DNA of 63,853 bases, filler included, from Globobulimina sp. (taxonomy: Eukaryota): assembly GCA_003354225.1 (NCBI GenBank). It is 30 parts of 30 records of this genome, joined end to end, with 100 filler letters (N's around TTAATTAATTAA, not from the genome) between each part and the next. Parts side by side here need not be neighbours in the genome. Positions count along the whole stretch, not along the records: positions 49,039 to 51,069 come from PIVH01009593.1; positions 51,170 to 53,200 come from PIVH01009594.1; positions 53,301 to 55,331 come from PIVH01009595.1; positions 55,432 to 57,462 come from PIVH01009596.1; positions 57,563 to 59,593 come from PIVH01009597.1; positions 59,694 to 61,723 come from PIVH01009598.1; 24 more parts are not named here. One strand, written 5' to 3'. The notes below the pieces were generated by a model. The model was not told the DNA's origin. It made no database searches and saw nothing but the letters and a program-made list of their open reading frames with translations. Shown piece by piece: positions 48,939 through 59,708 of this stretch. Numbering within the stretch: position 1 is the first letter of the stretch; every line of letters begins with the position of its first letter. A program made the position numbers and the translations under genes.

Positions 48939-49285
48939 NNNNNNNNNNNNNNNNNNNNNNNNNNNNNNNNNNNNNNNNNNNNTTAATTAATTAANNNNNN
49001 NNNNNNNNNNNNNNNNNNNNNNNNNNNNNNNNNNNNNNAATAAAAGTCAACAGTTTTTCAACAGAATATACCATGCCGTTTTGACAACTTTTCATTGTAA
49101 GAATTCGTCCATAATTGTTTGAAAAAAAGAGTCATAGACGAATGAGCACGAAACGAAACGCAATAAACGCTTATCCTTGCACTCAACGCGTTTTTCAAAA
49201 TATGTAATTTTTTGTGAATTGTGATGCAGTTTGAAACTGAAAATTGTGTCGGTTGCAATGCACAAATATATAGCTTCAAAATACG

Positions 49286-51069
49286 ATGGATAAAATTATC
49301 GATGCTTCAAAGCAAATGGATGACGATGAGCCATTTTGGAGCATTGAGTGTGAGAACGAAGACGAGGATGAAATGATACATTCGACCGTGGCCCATCCGT
49401 ACCCATCTACGCCGACATCGATATCTGTTGACATGGATCATCATAAACGATTATTGGAACTACAAATGTTTCCGAAACGAATCAGTAAATTACAGAATGA
49501 ATTAAAAGATGTTAATCACAAATTAAACACAGAAAAGGATAACAATGCCCAAGTCATTGTATATTGGAAGAATAAAACAAAGGAAATTTCTACAAAAAAC
49601 ACTGATCTTTGCAAGCGAATGGAGGTATTTACGAAATTAAAAACAAATTATATTTTTATGTGTCAATTTGCAGATTTTTATATCAGTTTGAAACTGCATA
49701 TTTTTGTTTGAAAATTCAGAATTTGGAAGGAATGGCAGATGCGTTAGTTTTGACCAATGACAATTTATTGAAACATAATGATTCATTGAAAGCGGAGCTG
49801 CATAGTAATAAATTCACGGCATCCGCACATGAAATATTTTTACAAATGAAAACCAAGGAAGAAACGCAAAAAACCATTGAATTGCAACAAGAATTGGATG
49901 TATTACAAGACGATTTATGTCGAAAAAATGCATTAATTTCAAAATTCGAGAAAAGTAATCGTATTACAAAAGAATCCATGGCCCAACAAAAAAAATTGCA
50001 TCACACTGAAATGTTGCAATTGACGAACAAATTGCATTTATTAACAGAATTAAGTCAGGTACTTCACTCAAAAACGTTTTTTTTTTTTATTTTTTTTTTT
50101 TTTCCCGATATTTTCTGACAACAACAACAAATATTTCAGGAAGAGATTCAGCAAACTTTTCATTTAACAATCCAGGAATTACAATCTATTTTAGATCAAA
50201 ATACAACAACAATCGAGATGGATGACACTGACATGAATGAAGAAAATAAGATTGATTTATCACCAAAAGTAAAACCACATATTACCGATTCAGATGTGGG
50301 CGATATCGATGATGCGGATATTATCGAAGCCGAAGACAAATTGGCTTCGTATTTTGCGCGACATAAACAAAGACAGTTAGCTATAAACCATTCCATTTCC
50401 AATCGAAATAACTCTGTCGAGCCCATCGAAGAAGTAAACGAAGATGTTGATGATGACAAGAATATCAATGTTGTTCCACAAACCATAAAACCACAAATTG
50501 TTCAAATTGTCGATGACGATGCTGAGTTAAGAAAAAAAATCAGTTTCAAACTGAAAATATTTTTTTTTTTTAGTTTCATAGCTTGAAACTATTTTTTTTC
50601 AGTTTGAAACTACTTTTTTTTGTGTGATAGGGACGAAAATATTTTGACACCACCATTGCAAGAAGAAGCACCATATATCGTCGACGATACACTCTCGATG
50701 GCAATCAGCAATGTGTCAGTCTCAAATGTAGCAAATTCAAACTGTTCAACCCGCGGCAATTCGACCCGCGGCGATCAATCACCAGCGTCTAAAATCGATG
50801 AACCGCCAAAAATAAATGAAAGCAAAGGCAAACCCATCGAGGAAAAAGAAAACAATGCCACAGAAATTATCCATGGCCAAGATACGGAGTTAAGTGCTGC
50901 AAAAAGATCAGTTTGAAACATTTTTTTCAGTTTGAATCAAAGCCTGTAATTTTCCGAGAACATAATTTTCCGCAAACAGGCAATTGCAAAATTTATTGGA
51001 GACCAAAACGCAAGATATTGAAATCGCGGTGGAAGAGTTTGTGAGCGAAGAAAAATCCGATTCGGGCGG
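49286..51069 (+). CDS. Multi-exon coiled-coil protein (introns about 49625-49719, 50059-50139, 50526-50630, 50911-50979), 3' truncated
   Basis: GT-AG introns link the ORF-track fragments; heptad-rich sequence. Confidence 0.7.
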
Positions 51070-51169
51070 NNNNNNNNNNNNNNNNNNNNNNNNNNNNNNN
51101 NNNNNNNNNNNNNTTAATTAATTAANNNNNNNNNNNNNNNNNNNNNNNNNNNNNNNNNNNNNNNNNNNN

Positions 51170-52462
51170 AAAGTTTACAAAAAGCTCAAACGAAAGTATT
51201 GGTGGCGAAACATGAGAGGAGAATTAAAATCACACATCCACAGTTGTCTATCATGTGCAATTCGCCAAGGAAATCGTCTTCGACACGAACCTCCACTAAA
51301 TCCAATACCCAGTCCAGACAAACCATGGGAACTATTGGCCTTGGATTTGGTCGAACTACAACCAACCGAGAAAGGAAACAAGTATGTATTGGTAATAGTC
51401 GACCATTTTTCAAAATATATGCAAGCCGTCCCACTTCCAAATAAAAAGGCAATCACCGTAGCCGAAGCCTTAAGAGACAATGTGTTTCAACAATTTGGAA
51501 CCCCAAAACGAATCATTACCGACAGAGGAAGAGAGTTTACCGGCGCCCAAGTGCAACAAATCCTGAAAGATTGGAACGTAAAGCACAGCACCACCACACC
51601 ACTACATCCTCAAGGAAATGGGTTAGCTGAAAAATTGATTCGAACATTGGCAGACATTCTCTCAAAAATTGTATCAGCCAACGGACAATACTGGGACGAA
51701 CAAATAGCTTACGCTGTTTGGGCCTATAATCAAACACCAGCCGACTCAACCGATATCAGCCCTTATCAATTATTTTTCCACCGAGAAAGTAACCCTGTTG
51801 GACACAGTGCCATTGAACAACTTCCAGTAACAGTATACCCAAGTGGACAAACAACAGCGGAAGAAAGGGCCCTACATGATCTTTACTTGGAACACGCACG
51901 AATCAGTTTACAAGAAAGTAAAAGATGACAGAAAATTCAATATGATAAAAGATGGAAAGTAAACCCAAATCTGTACCAAATTGGAGACAGAGTTATGGTA
52001 TTTCATCCCGATAAACGCAAAACTAAACTCAGTGCACTCTTTGCTGGACCATATCAAATCGTGAAAATCAAAAATACCGTAGCTTACACCATCCCAATGA
52101 AACCAAAGAAAAATACCAAACCTCACGCAGTCAACTTCGATCGATTGTCATTATGTTATCCAGAACTTCCCAATTACACCTTCAAAGGAAGAAAAGGAGA
52201 ACTAGTCCCTGTGACCTTACGGTCCCATCCTCGAAAGGGGGAAGTCATGACATCAGATGACATAAAAAACGAACACGATGAAGCTCAATTGAAAACGAAT
52301 CCTGAAACAGGAGGAGTCGAACCAAGCGATTCGGACGACGACGATACGATAACCGAAGATACGGTAGCAAATTCACCATCCGCAATCGATGTCTCAAATT
52401 TGGAATCAGAATCGTCCGACTGGGGAAAACAATTAGCCGAAGGAACGTTGGAGAAAAAGTGA
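51170..52462 (+). mobile_element. Ty3/gypsy LTR-retrotransposon integrase, inactivated by in-frame TGA at 51926-28
   Basis: YWW.NM..C..C zinc motif, DDE core (ALDL, IVDHFSKY, TDRGREF, GLAEK), then QK.QYDKR..GD.V and GPY motif in the same frame. Confidence 0.92.
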
Positions 52463-53300
52463 ACTGAAAGAAAAGAGAAAATTTTCGACAACTTGTCAAA
52501 ACTTCAAATTCAAAACACCATTGACAACTCTCTTAATATTTCAGACTCATTACCGGAACTCAGACTTGTCCAAACAAACCAAGCTCCGGAGAAGGGAAAT
52601 GGCAGCAGCCCAAAAGAAGGCCAAATGATGGAGGAAGCAGAGACGGCTTTACAGCCTGACAAGAAGCCTACTCCATGTGGAAAACAAGAAACAAGTTGTT
52701 GAACTTGTTCGGACTTTTTGTACATATTATTTTTTTGTTTTGTTTTCTATTATAATTATGTGTAGTAGTCCGGTTTTAGAAAACCGATGCCGGTCATTTC
52801 TTACCGAAGGCTCTTGTGTGCGGGAGCGTAGGTTAGTAGTTGCCTTGCGGAATAGCCGCGGCGAGTGTTGTAAATATTTCTTCTTAATGTGATATAAAAG
52901 TGTGGTAAAACTGTTGTGTTAGAAAATAGAAAATTCGGGTCTAAATCCTTAATGCTTTAAAGTAGTTTTTATTTAAAAATTTTTTATTAGTCAATAGTGA
53001 GCTAAACCTCAAACATTATTCTAGGACTATTGCTCAAAATAATCAATCAGTGATGTTGAAATTGTTGTTGCCCAACATATTATTATAAACTGTTTTCTAC
53101 CATAAAAACTTCGTACCAACGGTGAGGCCTAAATTTTGAATTATTACTGTGTTAAATTCACATTGTTACCGTTTTGATATGCATAACCTGACTACTACCA
53201 NNNNNNNNNNNNNNNNNNNNNNNNNNNNNNNNNNNNNNNNNNNNTTAATTAATTAANNNNNNNNNNNNNNNNNNNNNNNNNNNNNNNNNNNNNNNNNNNN

Positions 53301-53507
53301 AAAACCTATAGAAACCTATCAAAAACCTATAGTAAACCTATAGAAGCATATCATAATCTATAGAAAACATGTGGAAACCTATCAAAACATATAGAAACCT
53401 ATCAAAAACTGTAGAAAACCTATAGAAGCATATCAAAACCTATAGAAAACATGTGGAAACCTAACAAAACATATAGAAACCTATAGAAAAACTATATTAA
53501 ACCTATA
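53301..53507. repeat. Tandem repeat of 10-12-bp units AAACCTATAG/AAACCTATCA with higher-order structure
   Basis: About 19 imperfect units from the contig start. Confidence 0.9.
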
Positions 53508-53512
53508 TTGGC

Positions 53513-53624
53513 AAGGCGGCCCCTCCAAAACCCCCCTACTATGGACAAACCCCCGCCCCAGGGGGCGGGGGTTTGTGCACGCCCCTGGCGTGCCCATAGT
53601 AGGGGGTTTTGGCGGGAACGCCTT
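53513..53624. other. GC-rich T-shaped (three-way junction) inverted-repeat structure
   Basis: Outer stem 53525-44/53594-612, arm 53545-76, arm 53577-93, no unpaired bases at the junction. Confidence 0.85.
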
Positions 53625-53762
53625 TCCCATAGTCCGGCCATTATGGGGAATTTTGTAGTTTTTAAACTTTTATTATTTTTTGAATGTATTTTATTAATAT
53701 TTTAACTGTAAGTCTATTATTTTTAACGTTTTTTCGGTATTTGAACCGTTTTTCCTTTCCGC

Positions 53763-53842
53763 GTCCTCATATATGAGGACTCAAGAGTGTTCTGCCCTCC
53801 TCCTATCCTCATATATGAGGATGCATCCTCATATATGAGGAC
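53763..53842. repeat. Three copies of the palindrome TCCTCATATATGAGGA
   Basis: 53764-79, 53806-21, 53826-41; the last two form a perfect 36-bp palindrome. Confidence 0.9.
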
Positions 53843-53860
53843 TTAGGAAGGCTTTGTTGT

Positions 53861-54068
53861 GTACCTACCGCAGAACAAAATGGTACCTATCCCATAAATA
53901 GCTGTACCTACCACAGAATATATGGTACCTATCCCATAAACAGCTGTACCTACCATACAATATATGGTACCTATCCAATAAACAGCTGTGCCTACCATAG
54001 AATATATGCTATCTACCCCATAAACAACTGTACCAGCCATAGAATACGTGTTACTTATCCCATAAACA
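53861..54068. repeat. 42-bp minisatellite (2 x 21 bp), 5 copies
   Basis: GTACCTACCATAGAATATATG-GTACCTATCCCATAAACAGCT starting at 53861, 53904, 53946, 53988, 54030. Confidence 0.95.
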
Positions 54069-55432
54069 TCCAATGTTTTTACGTTATTTTAGACAATTTT
54101 TTCCTCTTACCCTCACATTAAGTGGACTTGCTCTCATATACAAGGGTGGGAGAGGTCTGTCCACATATATTTTGTTGCAATACGATAAAAATGGTAAGAA
54201 ATAAAAAAACGATAACAATAATAAACTACCTATTAAATAATAATAAAATCGATTCAAAAAACATAAAAATAATAAACCGACATTTTAAATAGTAATCAAA
54301 TAATAAAAAAGGGTAACAAACCTAACCCAAAATAAGCTCTTTTTATAGAAACGAGTTCTTGCTCCACTGGTATATCTCACTCAAAATAGATCATGTCATT
54401 CATATTGTGATTGTCATCAAAGAATGCAGAAGTGAAACAAACTGTACAACAGGCCAAAGATCATCCTAAGGTACAAAGAATGGTACCACCACAGCCGGAA
54501 ACTAAGTTGATAAAATGTTTTGACCACCTAGAGGATAAAGTGAAGAAGAAAAGAAACCATAGAGAACTGAAAAACCGTCACACAAAAGAGATAATATCAG
54601 TAATTGTCATTTTCTAAATACAAGAAGACCATATATTTAATTCAAGAGGCAAATGTGCTCTGTCAAACATTGTACAGTATGGTTACGGCTAAAGATGTTG
54701 AAATTGTCTGCGATTATGTCTGTTTTTTAAAATTTGTTTTAAAAGGTATCATGCGCATAGGTGACATCATCCACAATCATCGATCTCATGACAAGACCAT
54801 GTTTTATGTGTGGGCGAACAAAACCAGTCTTTCTAATCGGTTGGCAGATCTCTGCAGTGTAATTGAATGCACAAGTTAAAAGTTACTTTTTAGTTCTAGC
54901 AATCAAGAATTTATTTTAACACGGCTGCATAAAACTTATATTGGGGCTAAGATGTCTGATTATCGCTAAAAATTACTTGAAATTTGGGAACCTCTGAGAG
55001 TATGAATGAAAATTATAGGTAGAGGGATAGATAGCAGATAGAAAGGATGAATAAAAATAAAAGAGTTTTGTTGTTTTTTATTTATCCAGTTTTCCTGCAT
55101 ACCTATCTATCAAAAATGGTGTTTTTAGTTTAACAAACTATGCAGCAAATCGCACCCGCATACCTTATTCTTTTATCCTTTTGATAAAAATCTCTAGACT
55201 CTTTTGTGTTAACATTGACATACAAAACGAATCCAGTAGTCAGTTCTTCCTAATCTTTTTATAGATCGCCATGGTGTATTTAAGGCTTTTTTGAATTTTA
55301 TAGCATGACTACACAATAGTTTATTTGTTGANNNNNNNNNNNNNNNNNNNNNNNNNNNNNNNNNNNNNNNNNNNNTTAATTAATTAANNNNNNNNNNNNN
55401 NNNNNNNNNNNNNNNNNNNNNNNNNNNNNNNT

Positions 55433-56038
55433 AAAACCGCGCCAGATTTAAAAGTCAATATAAAAAAGTCAAAACAGTCAATATCCGCAGAAGAACTGTT
55501 AAATATTATTAATATTTCAGATACAAATTTGTTTGTAACAGAAACTGAAATGGGCAGAAAAACTGAAAATGACAAACATATTCCACAAGAAAGTGAGTCT
55601 GATTCGGAATGCAGTTTTTCATCAATTTCAACAGATTCAAGTTATGAAGAGCAAAATGCTCAGTTTATGCCATTGGAAGTTCCCACAATATCAATGCCAT
55701 CGGATCAGGACCAACAAAATCGAGATAATCAACAAAATCGAGATAATCAACAAAAACGAATACGAAATAAAGCAAGAAAGAAATGCAAGAATAAAAAAGC
55801 AAAAGTAAAGAAAAAAAAGAAAAGTGCTGTTGGTAAATTTAAACAAAATCTGTCCAAACCAAATTGGAAGAAAGTGAGTGTAAATGGCAGGATATCTTCG
55901 TGCGAATCATTAGTTATCTTAGATGAAGATGATTCTTTTGCAGATTCACAAAATGATGAATTCCGACACGAAGAAGATATAACAGACAAACAGTTATTTA
56001 TGCAATCCATCAAAAGTGGCAGTGTGGTAGATCCGTAA
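55433..56038 (+). CDS. 3' fragment of a charged low-complexity protein
   Basis: Open frame with acidic and Lys-rich blocks. Confidence 0.5.
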   Translation, partial: KTAPDLKVNIKKSKQSISAEELLNIINISDTNLFVTETEMGRKTENDKHIPQESESDSECSFSSISTDSSYEEQNAQFMPLEVPTISMPSDQDQQNRDNQQNRDNQQKRIRNKARKKCKNKKAKVKKKKKSAVGKFKQNLSKPNWKKVSVNGRISSCESLVILDEDDSFADSQNDEFRHEEDITDKQLFMQSIKSGSVVDP

Positions 56039-56077
56039 AGTGACAGTAAACGACAGAAGAATTCGGAGTTAAACGGA

Positions 56078-57082
56078 TTAAAACTTTTTTCTTTGTAACA
56101 CTTGATTAACATTTATTTTCCAATGTTCTTTATCTTTTAATAAATAGAGATAATCATTGCAATACCATTTACAAATTAAATCTTTGATTCCATTTGGTAT
56201 ATTTAGCACAAATAATCCTTTTTGTTCTTGAATATATCCTTCAACCAATTTATCATTACCTTCTGGCATAACAATTGAATGAAACAACGAAGGTTTTGGA
56301 CATGATATCTTTGATTCAAATATATATTTATTATCAAGGTCAAAAATAAATATTTTATTAGATGTTGTTAATCCGAAGCTATCCTCAAATGATCCACCTG
56401 ATATAATAACATATTTTTCATCGCCAGTTGTCGCATAGCCAAAATGTCTCATTTTATGCGGTAACACAATATCCAATGCCTTCCATTCTTTTGTTTTATG
56501 TGAATAATACCATATTGTATCTAAATATTGCCCCAAACCATTCATTCCACCAAACAAATAGATATCGTTTGATTTTGTCATATGCGCTAATCCAGGATTG
56601 AGGTTTCCACCCATTGATGCTGTGAATGTATGCATTTCTTCAAATGATTTGCTGCCGGCATTCCATTTTAAATGTTTTGTGTTTAACGAACCTTGAAATA
56701 CATGCAACGTACCATCAATGACAGTGGATGGCGAATACATTCCTGTTGTAGTCACATTTTTGATTATTTTGTATTTTCTTGTTTTAATATGAATCACAAG
56801 CAAAGCATTTCCATGATCCACCATATACAATATTTGTTTATCATTATCAATTGCCAATGATGGGAATGAGTAGCTTTCCTCTCCGGGAAATGGTAAAAAC
56901 AATGACCATTTATCGTTGGTAATATTATAAATGAATAAGGCATTATTAAAGTTAGGTGCTTGTATTATATCTGACATGACAATAAATTCATTATTATTCA
57001 ACATTAGTGGTCTCGAAAAGTAATTAGCATCACATCTTGTTAATTGGATCCATTTTCCTTTTTCATTTTCTGCTAGTTCCAT
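56078..57082 (-). CDS. Kelch-repeat protein
   Basis: IYLFGG..DTIWYY..EW, VIISGG..IFIFD; C-terminal LVEGYI..IP.GI..LI.KWY..HWKIN. Confidence 0.9.
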   Translation of the reverse strand: MELAENEKGKWIQLTRCDANYFSRPLMLNNNEFIVMSDIIQAPNFNNALFIYNITNDKWSLFLPFPGEESYSFPSLAIDNDKQILYMVDHGNALLVIHIKTRKYKIIKNVTTTGMYSPSTVIDGTLHVFQGSLNTKHLKWNAGSKSFEEMHTFTASMGGNLNPGLAHMTKSNDIYLFGGMNGLGQYLDTIWYYSHKTKEWKALDIVLPHKMRHFGYATTGDEKYVIISGGSFEDSFGLTTSNKIFIFDLDNKYIFESKISCPKPSLFHSIVMPEGNDKLVEGYIQEQKGLFVLNIPNGIKDLICKWYCNDYLYLLKDKEHWKINVNQVLQRKKF

Positions 57083-57710
57083 GGTTAAAAAAGATCTAGA
57101 TTTTCTGCTTCAACTAAATGATACATGACAAAAGATAACCACTCGATGGTAGATAAGTTATACTTTTTATACAGACGCAAACCAAAAATTTCATTGTATT
57201 GTATTTGTATTGTCCCATAAATTCGTCAAAAAAAAACAGAAACCATAAATATTATCCTTATGAATGATGATGCCAAAAAATCACTGTATTGTTATTGATA
57301 AATATAATATACAGCAATTATACACCATCTACATGTATACTTGTATAGTGACATGCAGATTTCTATATCTGTGTACAAGATGTCACATATCAAATGCGAC
57401 ATCACATTACACTGCAGACACACACTGCAGACACACACTGCAGTCACAACTATTGAGCTAATNNNNNNNNNNNNNNNNNNNNNNNNNNNNNNNNNNNNNN
57501 NNNNNNTTAATTAATTAANNNNNNNNNNNNNNNNNNNNNNNNNNNNNNNNNNNNNNNNNNNNTCTTCGATTAGGGATAGATATGCATAAGCAGCAATACC
57601 TGAGCTCGGTAGGTGCTGTACTCATAGGGTACTCAAAGCGAACCTGGTTTTCAGCTTGGTTACATATTCTTCTATTTTAGTATTCTTGAAATAGTTGCCA
57701 ATTTTCGTTT

Positions 57711-57770
57711 TTGTCACTAAATAGTCACAAATAGTCAAAAATAGTCACTAAATAGTCACATAGTGACTAA
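57711..57770. repeat. Short tandem AAATAGTCAC repeats ending in an inverted copy (GTGACTA)
   Basis: 4-5 imperfect copies immediately upstream of the PPR ORF. Confidence 0.75.
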
Positions 57771-57787
57771 TTAACTTGTGTAGGCTC

Positions 57788-59593
57788 ATGAAATGTTTGA
57801 AACTATCCAATCTCATGACCAATATGTACACATCAGCATTATTTATGGTTAATGGTAGAAATTATCACTATAAAAAACTAACTGCGATGAACAGTTATGA
57901 TGCAATGAAAGAAATGAAATCTTTACAACAATACGACAAACCCAATATGGTGATAAGAGGTTTGCAAATATATAACAACTTGGCAGAAACAGAACAAAAT
58001 GAATTTATAACCAATAAATTATTAAAAATATGTTTGGAAAGTAATAATGATAGCGACGTACAGAAAATTATAGAATTTTCAAACAGTCTCATTGACACAA
58101 ATAATATTAAATCATTCAGTTGGTTTTTATTATTAAATTGCTGCACAAAATTAATTAAAAACAAACAGAATATGAACACAAGGAATATAATGAAACTTTT
58201 GTATGGCATCAAAACAGCAATAATCAATACTAACAATCATAAGCATAACGGTGATATCGATGAATATAACAAAATCAAAAAATCTTTAATTAAAATGTAC
58301 TCTCATTGTCAAGATCCAGTAAATGCAATGGATGTTTTTAATTCTATACCTCGACAGAAAAAGGACATTGTATCGATTGGTGCGATGATGAAATGTCTTA
58401 TAAATAATAATGAAAATAGACGCGCACTGCAAGTATGTGATAGTTATGATGGCCAACATATTAACGATGTATTAACCCGTTTCTACTTAACAGCTTGTTT
58501 AAACTTAAAGGACTATGAGAAAGGAGAAACATTCATTGCTTACAATATAAATCATATGAATGTAAACAATGACGCATTGACTAATGCTTTAATTGATTTT
58601 TATGGCAAAAGTGGTGGCATTAATAATGCATCAAAGATATTTAATAAAATTCCACAAAACAAAAAAAATGTTGTATCTGTTAATAAAATGATGAAATGTT
58701 TTGTTGACAACAATGAAAACGCAAAAGCAATATTGTTATATGAAGAATATAATGGTTCACCTGATGATGTAACAGATTTATTATTTATTAAAGCTTGCGG
58801 CAATATTGGCGACTACGAGAAAGCTAAGAAAGTAATTGATGTCATACCTGATATAAATAAGCGATGTATTCAATTTCTAACTAATTTGATTGATTTTTAT
58901 GGCAAAAATGCCGCACTCAATGACGCATTAAAGGTATTTAATAACATAGCACCAAAGAAAAAAAATATTATATCTATCAATACGATGATGAAATGTTTTA
59001 TGGATCGTAATGAATATGAAAAAGTCATATCGTTATATGAGGAATTTGCACAATATGCACAATTGCAACCGACTGATGTAACAAATTTAACATTTATTAG
59101 AGCCTGCAGCAACATTGGCGATTATGAGAAAGCCAAAAAAGTAATTAATGCGCTGGATATTGTAAATAATGTAAACCAGCATAGCATCCAATTTCTAACT
59201 AATTTGATTGATTTTTATGCCAAAACGGGGGAACTGCAAAATGCATTAAATATATTTAACAACATTCCAGCAAAGAAAATAAACATTATCGCAATCCATA
59301 CAATGATGAAATGTTTCATTGACCACAACGAAAATGGGAAAGCAATATTGTTGTACGAAGAAATTGTAAATAATAGATATGGCGACACTGACATAGCCAA
59401 CGTATTATTTATTAAAGCATGCGGCAACATTGGTTATTATGATAAATGTCTAAAATTAATCAATTCCGTGAGTAATAATATAAATAATCAAAGCATTGAA
59501 GTGGTTACGACTGTTATTGATTATTATGGTAAAACCGGCGATATTCACAATGCGTTGAATATATTTCATAACATACCGCAAAACAAAAAAGAT
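57788..59593 (+). CDS. PLS-type PPR protein with recently duplicated triplets, 3' truncated
   Basis: Repeated LIDFYGK.G....A..IF..I...KK / IVSIN.MMKCF.DNNE..KAI.LYEE / DVT.L.FIKACGNIGDYEKAK, about 4.5 times. Confidence 0.92.
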
Positions 59594-59708
59594 NNNNNNN
59601 NNNNNNNNNNNNNNNNNNNNNNNNNNNNNNNNNNNNNTTAATTAATTAANNNNNNNNNNNNNNNNNNNNNNNNNNNNNNNNNNNNNNNNNNNNAAAAATC
59701 TGGCAAAT

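Noticed and set aside
53861-54068. CRISPR array, or the repeat ORF 53843..54073
   Set aside because: Tandem 42-bp units without spacers; the ORF is a by-product of the repeat.
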